Shown one piece after another: positions 1-10,264 of a DNA stretch of 64,000 nucleotides. This DNA comes from Eledone cirrhosa (Eukaryota), in NCBI GenBank assembly GCA_964016885.1, contig OZ024743.1, forward strand, positions 303,800,001-303,864,000, in the 5' to 3' direction. A model generated the notes under the pieces. That model was not told where the DNA came from and searched no databases. It was given only the letters and a program-made list of their open reading frames with translations. Position numbers and translations under genes: made by a program. Position 1 is the first letter of the stretch, and every line of letters begins with the position of its first letter.

Positions 1-1458
1 TCAACTCAGACAGAAAACAGATGACGTAAGTATATTGTTTATACTGCCAGAGATATAACGTGTCATAGACAGGTTCCATTTAGTGGTGATTCAATACCAC
101 CTACTAAAGCGGACACGTATATAGGTGGAGGTAACACTTATGAAATACTGAAAAACGTCTTGTTGAATTATAATATTAACATTCTCATCTTTATACAGGA
201 TAATGTACCGGACACACTCTTGCATGGTTAACTCGATTAGAATTATCTCTCATCAGCATTGGATTTAATATTTGATTTAAATATAATGCTAGAATGTTTT
301 GTTTGGTGGCCTAAAATTGGATTCCACCTAAACACCCAATTATTTATATATGTTAACGTGGGAAACCTTTCTGTCTCTGCTGCGGCTATTTAAGACGGCA
401 TGTACCGCAAGAGCAAGAAGGAGAACCTATTTCTAAGCTATGCTTTGTAAGCAGCATTCTTTCTTCGGGTGGCATCTTTAATTTCCTACTGCCACCTGGT
501 GACACAGCGATTCGATTGCAAAACGTAACATATGTAGCAGAACATATCAGGTAAATAATCACCATCCTTAGTTTGATAATGGGGTTTGATGAATTTGGAT
601 GCAATCGTATCCACATACCTGGTTGTGGCCTCCTTATCAACAAGCACTCCTCACTTTATTCTCAAACTAAACATGCATAACACGTTCCTTTTGGTATCAT
701 GTTATACTTCAATCCTTTTCCACGTGTTACATGGCAAACATGTTACTCAACTATAGGAGTAACATAGATTGCATCTTAATTAGATTTTCTACTTTCTAAC
801 ACAGACTTATGTTATAAAGGAGAATATATCTACGTTATGCTCGTACATTAAACGTATGAAAACTAAAACCGAATCGCAAGTGAAATACTTGTAGATGAGA
901 ATAGATTGCATGATATATTATATATTACCTTTCTAGTTATGGAACTGCAAGGAATATATTTTAAGTGGATGTTCAATAGGTTTGCCTCCAAAACTTGCAT
1001 GTCGTTTCATAAGTAATATTTCATCATTAAGATGTGATGATGAAAGATCATCTGATGAAAAAATCGTTTTGAAAATATAATGTTTTGTATATGAATATTA
1101 TATCTGGAGAGTTGAAAATGATATTAGTAGTTTTCCTGGGAATTTAACGGATGTGTTTCTCAGAATGATATCAACTTCACTAATTAGGAATTATCAGGGC
1201 GTATTACATTCAAGGAATCGTGTAGTGTTAATGTGAATTGTTACAATTAAAGGTCTAAAACGCACAAGTATATATATGAAATACAAGCAAGAAAGCTGTA
1301 ATAAATAGAAAAGTTCTCATTGATAGACGTGTTTCTTCTTCTTAAGAGGGTCGTAAGGGAAGATTCCTGAAAGACTCCTTCCAGCGGGTCCTGTCAGAAG
1401 CAACTCTCTCACACTAATCCGGCTTTATTTCCAAGCGATAACGCCACAATAAGTGAGC

Positions 1459-1484
1459 GAAGAAGAAGAAGAAGAAGAAGGAGG

Positions 1485-1537
<53 letters not shown>
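1459..1537. repeat. Compound microsatellite (GAA)n-(AAT)n; left edge of array 1 and 3' tail/target of Tx1A copy 1
   Basis: Read directly: GAA run from 1459, then AAT run to 1537. Confidence 0.97.
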
Positions 1538-1538
<1 letters not shown>

Positions 1539-1779
1539 TTTTCTTTATTAACCACAAGGGTTTACATAAAGTAGACATTAAGGACAGTACAGGACAATAC
1601 AGGACGGTACAAATGGGCATTTCTGCGTGTAAAAAACAGAGGATGAAATAAAATAACAAAGAAAAATTCCCCAATAGGGGGGAGATTTCCGAGGAACATT
1701 TGTGGAGAAAGCCCATTAAAAGACCACAGTGACCCTGACCACCAGGGCAAGTGCCCTCTCCCAGTTTTCCCCCCTTAAT

Positions 1780-4700
1780 TTACAGACACATACTCAGAGA
1801 AGGCCCATTCATTCGGGCCATACTTGCTTCTCTCACCCATCTTTCAACAAAATGCTGGGAAGAGAGCATTTCCGTCTCTACCCTGATTTTCCTTTTCAAA
1901 TGAAATTTGAAAAAGTTAATCAGGGCATCACCGAAGAGTAAGTGCTCGTCTTCAGCCCTTTCAAACGTGTCCACCATACTATCTATTTCGCCCTGGCCAC
2001 CAGACAGATAAAGACTGCCTGCCCTTCCCGGCTAAAGGAAGGGGGCGGGGCAATCCTCACGATGGACTCAGCTGATAGCTGGATCCGTCCTACACGTGAC
2101 AGCAGGTGTTCGACATAAACCCACAAGTCAGCAATGCTCGGACACTGGACGAGTGCGTGCAGGACGGTTTCGTCGCCCTGCGCGCATCTCGGACATGCCC
2201 GGCTGACGGCACCTCCATGCCTGTAGAGTTTATCCCGAACTGGCAAAGCTCCCCGGTAGCACTGCCAGGCCAGGGATTTCTGGAAGTTGTCCAAAGGCCC
2301 CGGCCCGAAAGTCCTTCCGAAGAGATTGGCTAGTTGATTTTCGTCGACGACTACAGTTTCTCCAAGTACGTCGTCGCTCTTCCCCTCCACTAATCCCCTA
2401 TAGAACGCCAAGGTGGAGTTTCCACCGATCACATTGCCCGATTGGTCGAGGGCTGTGAGCGCCTGAAGACATTCCAGTCTCCAAGCGCTCCCTCTCGGTC
2501 TTCGCTTGACCCAGGACTGCAGCTCCGTCAAAAAGACGAGCTGGGGAAAAACGTGTCTAGAAAACGGCGACCACACCTGATCACCGTCGAGGAAGAGGTG
2601 GAGATGTCGTAGCCTGAGCGCGTGTCTGCGCATCATCAGCCACGGCATGCCCAGCCCTCCATGTAGCGGTTGTTGACAGCATATGGACCGCCTGACCATC
2701 GGAGCGCGTCCCTTCCACAAGAAGCGAAAGAGCAAAAGCTCCAGCGCAGTCAGGCGGGGCTCGGGACAAGGTACGACGGTCAGGCGGTAGTAGATGACGG
2801 ATGCGATGTACGCATTCGCCATCTCCGCTCGACCTTTCAGGGATAGCTTCCTCTCAGCCCATTTCTGGGTGAGAGAAGCCACCCTGCTCGTTACCTCGTC
2901 CCAGTTTTTGTCCGTCTGGAGGTCTGGACCGAACCAGACCCCTAGCAATTTAACCGGTCAGTGCGTCCAGCGCCCGACGACGCTGTTGGACGGCATGGAC
3001 CTGCCTCTCCAGGTGCCCAGCTGCAGGCCCACTGACTTTTCCTGGTTGATCATTGCTCCTGTCACCGCTTCGTATTCTCTTAGTGTAGTGCCGATCGCCT
3101 CGATGTGTTTGGCGTTCGACACCACTACGGTGACATCGTCGGCATATGCTGACACGGATCTTCCGCATCCTAGTTCGCGCGGGACCCCCTTCAACGTCTC
3201 CAGTTTGTGCAGTAATGGCTCGAGAGACAATACGTACAATAGGGACGAGAGGGGAAATCCTTGGCGGACCGAGCGCATGATGTTGAACGGTTCCGAAAGG
3301 TGACCGATCACTATCAATACAGAGCAGATGTCGCTGTGCATGGCAGCGATCCAGCCTCTGAAGACGGGCCCAAAGCCAGCCGCCCTCTGGACTGCCGCTA
3401 GGTAACGATGGTCGACCCTATCGAAGGCTTTCGACTGATCTAAATTGATCAAAAACCCACCCGTGCCAGGTTCCCTAGCTACCCTCTCTACGATGTATCG
3501 CATGAGGTGGAGGTTGTCGTGGATCTGTCGGGAATGGCGCATGTATGTGCCTCTCCTACCAGACCACCAACGACAAGAGCCAAGCTCTTTGCTAGCACCT
3601 TGGCCAAAATCTTGAACTCTGTGTTTAGCAGAGTTATGGGCCTAAAATTATCTACGTTATCCCCCTTGTTCGCATCCTTTCTCAGCAGCGCCACCGCTCC
3701 TCGGCTCGCATAACTGGGATTCTCCCGTTCTGTTGCCAGTTGCAGTAGACATCCGCCAAGAGGCCTCCGAACAAGTCTGGCATCTGTACGTAAAGTTCAT
3801 AGGACAGACCATCCAAACCAGGCGATTTACCCCTTGTGCAACTAGTCATTGCATCCCGTACTTTAGCGGTTGTTATCGGCTTTTCGCAACATTCCGCCTC
3901 AGTGGCCGAAAGCCGCGGCACTCCGTCCAGGTAGACACTAAAGTCCATCCCTCGATCCGTCCCGCCACTGCCCCCGAACAGTTGAGCGAAGTGTCGCTGG
4001 AAAGCTTCACACATTTGCCCGGGATCGAGTATCATGCGCCCGTCGTGGTCCACCAAAGACCGGATCGTGGCTTTGTTGCCACGACGCGCCTCCGCCACTC
4101 GGGCCCATTGAACGGCTTTCGTCCCCTCGTGTCTGAGAGCACGCACCCTAGCTCTGACAATGCAGCCTTCGTGCTTTGCATTGAAGAATTGGTCAAGGGC
4201 CAATTTCGCCACAAGTACGTCGGTCGCGATGCCTTTGCTAAGCGCCTCATCTAATTTTCTAACTAATTCTCCCTCTGCTCTATTTTTCTCTATTGCTAAA
4301 GTCTTACTAAACCTAATGGACTCTATTCTAATTGCTCTTTTCAGAGCAAACCACCACTTGTTGTTGACGATGGCCCCCGTCAACGCCCGCTTAACTAGTT
4401 CGCTAATCCGGTCTCTGTAGGCGCTGCGCGCTGGTAAGGACGCGTTTAGCTTCCAGTAGCCGGGTCCTCGTCTATGAAGCCTATCTAAGTCAAGCACACA
4501 GATCACGAATTTGTGGTCCGTGTAGCTGACTATCTTGAATTGTGGACAGCCTATGCTAGACATATCTATTTCCCTACAAGATACTCTATCTAGATATGAT
4601 CTGGATGACCCTATGCGATTTGTCCAAGTCCACATTGGTAGATTCTGGAATCCATTCGGTACCTGTCAGACAGTTCAAAACGTCTGAGCAGGTTGGTGAG

Positions 4701-5150
4701 ACTCTTGCACCCTCCTTCCCTATCCACTAATCCCACACAATCCCAGCGTGCATCTAAGATCCCGATCCAGTCGCCCACTAACACTAAAGAGCGGAACGTT
4801 CCAAGAAAGATCTCCAGACGCCGGAAGAAATCAGGCCGCCCTGCTCCTGTCGGAGCATAGACAGCCACTAACCTGAAAGCTTGCCCGTCTCCGCTGGTCA
4901 CGTCCAGCACCACCAACTTACCTTCTGGGTCCAGGAAGATGGCCCGTATGGCAAGATCCAAACCTCTGGGAGATGCGTACACATCGTAGCCCCCGAAGAT
5001 CGGTGCGAAAGCCTGTGCTTCGGAGATTCTGGTCTCGCTGATGGCCACTACATCTATGTTTAGTGACCTGAGGTCGTTGAGCAGGTGGCTCTGCTTCCAT
5101 GACGACCCCAAGCCACGCGCATTTATACTGCCTATTCTGAGTGAGGTCAT
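1780..5150 (-). pseudogene. Tx1A ORF2: APE endonuclease + reverse transcriptase + C-terminal cysteine motif, frameshifted
   Basis: Endonuclease motifs SINARG, AISET, VYAP, LVGDW, SYLDR, TDH. RT motifs KSPGLDG, FRPITLLN, DQSKAFDRV, RQG.PLS, AYADD. C-terminal CPRC..ETVLHALVQC. Split over several track ORFs, with a small deletion in the endonuclease near 4968. Confidence 0.93.
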
Positions 5151-5184
5151 GTTGAAAAGGAGTGGAAAAGATGGGAAAGACCAC

Positions 5185-8008
5185 TTACCTTACTCTTCGT
5201 AGGGGAAGGACGGTTTTTCCATCCTTTTCACTGCTTGTGGCCTCCTCAGGAAGGATGTCCTTATAAATCCTCCTGGTGAGTGCTTGTCGGAAGTCTCCGA
5301 TGTCTTTGGGGAATTTTATTTTTAGTGTCATGTACGTTTTCTGTGTGATGCGAGTGATTTGTATGTGTGGAGGTGGTGTGAATATTGGGGTTGTTGTGTA
5401 GTCTTTTTCTGTGATGCTGGTGTTGTGTTGGATGTAGTGTAATAATTGCTTGTTGTTCAAATTTAATGCTGTGTAGTGTGTATCGTTTTGGTTATTTTGT
5501 TTTGTTTGCGTTTGTTGTGGGTTTGTTTCTGTTTCGCATTTTGGTGACTTTTGTGGTGTAGGTGATGGTGGTGTCGGGGTTAATGATGGTGATGGTGTTG
5601 GTGTTTGGGTTGATGGGGTTGGTGATGCTGCTGTGGATGGTTGCATATCTGTCCTAACTTTTTTGTTTCTTAATTTATTTGTTTCCCTCTGTATTTTGTT
5701 TTTGGATGGGGAAGGAAGAGAATTTTTTTTTTTTTTTTTGGGGGGGGGGGGGGGGGGGTTCTTTTTTTTTCCGGATATCGTTTCCCACTCCTCGTCGTCA
5801 CAATCTGTCTCCAGTTGTGATAGTCCGGGGAGTGGAAAATCCTCCACAGGCGTTAGTTTTGCTTGTGGCGTGGTGGATGGTGTAGGCGCTGGTGCTAGTT
5901 CTGATGTGTTGGGTGGTGGTGGTGTTGGTTTTGCTGGTGGTGGTGGTGGTGTTGGTTTTGCTACTGTTGCTGGGGTTGTTGCTGTTATAGTTGCTTCTAG
6001 TGTTGCTGCTACAGTTGTTGCTGCCATCTCTGCTACTGGTGGTGTTGATGGTTGTGTCACTGGGGTGGGTAGGAGAGGTGGCCTCATTCTATGTAAACTC
6101 CTATGCCATTCTATGTGGTCTCCTATACCATTCTAAGTGGTCTCCTATACCATTCTATGTGGTCTCCTATACCATTCTATGTGGCCTCCTATACCATTCT
6201 ATGTGGCCTCCTATACCATTCTATGTGGTCTCCTATACCATTCTATGTGGTCTCCTATACCATTCTATGTGGTCTCCTATACCATTCTAAGTGGTCTCCT
6301 ATACCATTCTAAGTGGTCTCCTATACCATTCTAAGTGGTCTCCTATACCATTCTAAGTGGTCTCCTATACCATTCTAAGTGGTCTCCTATACCATTCTAA
6401 GTGGTCTCCTATACCATTCTATGTAACCTCCTATGCCATTCTATGTGGTCTCCTATACCATTATATGTAACCTCCTATGCCATTCTATGTGGTCTCCTAT
6501 ACCATTCTAAGTGGTCTCCTATACCATTCTATGTGGTCTTTTATACCATTCTATGTGGTCTCCTATACCATTCTATGTGGTCTCCTATACCATTCTAAGT
6601 GGTCTCCTATACCATTCTATGTAACCTCCTATGCCATTCTATGTGGTCTCCTATACCATTCTATGTAACCTCCTATGCCATTCTATGTGGTCTCCTATAC
6701 CATTCTAAGTGGTCTCCTATACCATTCTATGTGGCCTCCTATACCATTCTATGTGGTCTCCTATACCATTCTATGTGGTCTCCTATACCATTCTAAGTGG
6801 TCTCCTATACCATTCTATGTAACCTCCTATGCCATTCTATGTGGTCTCCTATACCATTCTATGTGGTCTCCTATACCATTCTAAGTGGTCTCCTATACCA
6901 TTCTATGTGGTCACCACAAACGACACACATAGGTCTTCTGCCCTCGACATTTACCGTGAGGTGGCTGCCGTCAGTGAGGTCTATTACCTCTGGGATCTCA
7001 ATGCTTTTTTGGTCCGCTTGGATCAGGAGCACCATCCCAGATCCGGACCAGTTCTCCTGCTTTTCTTTTGCTATTGCTATTATTTTTGTGTTGGCTTCGA
7101 TGCCGGTGAGGACGGCCGCTATTAGCCAGGGAATTTCGATGGTCGGTGGAACGTGGGTCACCCTGAATTTACGAGTCTCTGGCCACAATAGCTTGGGACG
7201 AGTGTGAAGTCGTCACTTCTTAATGGGGCCATGGAGTGTTCTCTAGCCTCCTCTGGTGTTTCAAAGAATACGTCCACGGTTCCATACTTCTGCCCACGTC
7301 TGATGTGGGTTTTTCTTGCCCACACATGTCCCAAAGCTTTTTGGATTTGGGACTCGGATACCCGTTCCCCTCGGCGCGATTTTACATTTATTGTTCGATA
7401 CGACACGGTGCATAGGCGCCTTTGCTCCATTTTCTTAGGTGGCGGGGTGAGGCTGACCCTGTACCCATCTTTCTTTACCATTTGTTTGGCATTTTTTAAA
7501 TCTTCCTGAGTTACCGTAAATGCTTCGGACTGTTTTGCTACTCTGGCAAAACTGAGGGTGGTTTTTATAATGTCATTGTTGTTGTTGTTGCTATCGTTAT
7601 TAGTGTTAATATTAATTTTAGTTTCAGTTGTGGTGGTGGTGACGTCAGTCGTCTTTGGTGGGGAAGAGTCCATTTTGCTTGATTTCATTTCGACATCAGG
7701 AGTTAATTTATTTTTTTCTTCTTTTGTTTCTGTTGTCGCGGTGGTGGTGGGGGTGGTGGTTGTTGCGGTGGTGGTGGGGGTGGTGGTTGTCGCGGTGGTG
7801 GTGGTGGTGGTGGAGGCTTTAACACCTGAGAGTCATTGGTAAGTGCGGGAAATGAATGTCTGCCTGAGACAAATTTATAATATTGCTACTTCTTATATTT
7901 GTTTGTAGTGTTGTCAGACGTAGTAACATTTACAATGGTGGTGTCGGTGTGAGGTGTTAATTTGTGAGAAAGGCTTTCAGCTGCTTGGTGCAGAGGTGAA
8001 TTAGCCAT
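5185..8008 (-). pseudogene. Tx1A ORF1 (gag-like RNA-binding protein), disrupted
   Basis: RRM-like segment GQKYGTVDVFFETPEEA, start of a zinc knuckle RPMCVVCG, Pro/Thr-rich linker, and a C-terminal block homologous to Tx1D ORF1. Start inferred from the ATG aligned with 52198. Confidence 0.8.
6085..6912. repeat. 22-bp minisatellite (CCATTCTATGTGGTCTCCTATA), about 37-38 units, inside Tx1A ORF1
   Basis: Tandem units read directly, with variants TAAGTGG, GTGGCC and GTAACC..ATGCC. Absent from Tx1A copy 3. Confidence 0.97.
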
Positions 8009-8216
8009 TTTTTTTCAAAGAAATTTTTTAATAATCATAAAAGTTCAATTTTGTGCAGAAGGCCCCAATCTTGTTGGGTGTCCTTTTCGGAAAACAATGT
8101 ATGTGCGCTTATATATAGTTAACAATAAAAATTTTCCATAAATGGAAATTTTTAACAAACGGAAATAACAAACCTTTGCGGAGCTCACGATGATACGATT
8201 TACTACGTACGTCGCC

Positions 8217-8266
<50 letters not shown>
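8217..8266. repeat. (AAT)n spacer
   Basis: Read directly. Confidence 0.97.
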
Positions 8267-10226
8267 TTTAGAGATTTAGAGATTTTCAAAGTATCCGCCG
8301 TTGTCAGGAGGTTTTTGTCATACAGTATGAAGACATGGAAAACGACACTCCTTTTGAATAGTGAAACACAATCACTGGAAGCTGGAGAAGTTAATATTAA
8401 TTGTGGAATTTTTCAGGGTGACTCTTTATCACCGCTTTTATTCTGCATCGCACTTATACCATTAAGTAAAATGCTCAATGAAACAAAACATGGATATAAA
8501 GTCTATGACAAAACCATTAATCACCTGTTCTACATGGATGACCTGAAACTATTTGCAAAAAATGATGAACAATTGCAAGGGCTATTATCCACTGTGAAGC
8601 AGTTCAGTGAGGACATTAAAATGGAGTTTGGACTAGATAAATGCGCCAAAGTAACGTTCACCAGAGGAAAGCTGCTGAAGAGTTCAGACATTAATCTTGA
8701 TCGGGGGAACGTGAGAAGAGAACTTGATCAAGAAAAAACTTACAAATATCTAGGTGTTTGTGAAGTAGACGGAATCAAGCACTCGACAATGAGGGAAAGG
8801 ATAATGAAGGAATGTTACCTCAGAGTAAGAGCAATCTTAAGAACGGAATTGAATGCAAGGAATAGGATCGATGCCATAAACACGCTTGCCATACCAGTAG
8901 TAACCTACAGTTACAATGTCATCAACTGGTCAAGCACAGAGATCCGTAGGCTCGATACAAAAATTCGAAAATTCTTCACCATGCACAGAATGCATCACCC
9001 TAAGGCAGATATAGATATAATATATCTCCCTAGGAAAGAAGGAGGACGTGGGTTAATCCAGTTAGACATTGCGTTGAAAACTGCAACAATTGGATTATCT
9101 TCATATCTAAGGGAATCACATAATTGGATGATCAAACTCGTTTTGAAACACGAAAGCATCAAAAGATCATGTTCCATTACAAAAGATGCACAAAGATACA
9201 GTAATGGACTACAAATTTCAGAAGTCCCATTTACTGCTGAAATGGAACACACAGAAAAAGCAAAGCAGGTAAAAGTAACTGCAAAGAAAGAACTGCTACA
9301 GAAACTGGCTAAGAAATGGCAAGAAAAGCCTCTGTATGGAAAATACCCAGAGCGAGCTGAAAATCCTGATGTTGACAAAACTTTAACCTATAAGTGGTTG
9401 GCATCCTCTGGACTGAAATCGGAGACTGAAGGACTGATTATATCGGCACAAGATCAGAGTCTGCCAACAAAAAATTACCAAGGCAAAATAATAAAAAAAA
9501 TGGGTGCAGCCCATTATGCCGTGTATGCAAAAAACAACCAGAGACCATTGACCATATAATTTCAATGTGCAGTCCTATAGCTCCAACCGAATACCTAAAC
9601 AGGCATGACAGTGTTGCACAATACATACATTGGATAATGTGTAAGCATTTTGACCTACCCCATCAAAAGAATTCGTGGGAGCATCAACCACCTCCCATAC
9701 TTGAAAAATATCACATCTCAATCTTGTGGAACTTTAGCATCCAAACAGACCGAAAAATAGATGCAAACAAACCTGATATAATATTGAAAGACTTTCAAAA
9801 GAGGGTATGCCTGCTAATTGATATGTCTGTTCCAATAGACAAGAATGTATCTATAAAAACATTTGAAAAATTGAGCAAGTATAAGGACCTGGAGATAGAA
9901 ATTGGAAAAATGTGGAAATTGAGAACTAAAACAATACCAGTGGTTGTAGGCGCTCTGAGAATGATACCTAAGGGGTCTAATGATTACATATCGCAAATCC
10001 CAGGAAACCCGCGTATAGGAGAAATACAAAAGATAGTATTAATGGGAACTGCCCATATACTAAGCAAGATTCTGTCAATATAAGTACATCACAAGTCTAA
10101 ACACTAAAGATGCATGTGTGAATATGTATGTTCTTTCTTGAACATGACGGACCTTGTTGTCTCTTGAGGTCACTGGTTGTGACTTGGTCATAACTCGTAT
10201 GAACATAAAGCAAGATAAATGCAACT

Positions 10227-10227
<1 letters not shown>
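8267..10227 (+). mobile_element. R4/Dong-type RLE retrotransposon, family DongB, copy 1 (5'-truncated in RT)
   Basis: [26 protein letters not shown], a CRVC..ETIDH..MC zinc finger, RHD and KPDIILKD..LIDMSVP..KLSKY. One frameshift near 9499. The 3' UTR runs into (TAA)n. Confidence 0.92.

Positions 10228-10264
<37 letters not shown>
10228..10264. repeat. (TAA)n spacer
   Basis: Read directly. Confidence 0.97.

Larger units (their letters stand above)
1538..8216 (-). mobile_element. Tx1/L1-clade non-LTR retrotransposon, family Tx1A, copy 1 (full length, decayed)
   Basis: Two-ORF layout. The 5' end GGCGACGTACG... matches the copy starting at 51984, and the 3' end ...CTTGTGGTTAATAAAGAAAAC matches the copies ending at 14752 and 57694. 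Flanked by (AAT)n on both sides. Confidence 0.93.

Noticed and set aside
1-1458. Host exons in the unique flanks (also 27930-30370 and 57910-64000)
   Set aside because: Only short ORFs with no recognisable domains or convincing exon pattern. Small exons cannot be excluded without transcript data.
6085-6912. CRISPR-like array, or coding repeats (the many ORFs at 5991-7207)
   Set aside because: The units are contiguous with no unique spacers, there are no cas genes, and the context is eukaryotic. The ORFs are translations of the minisatellite.
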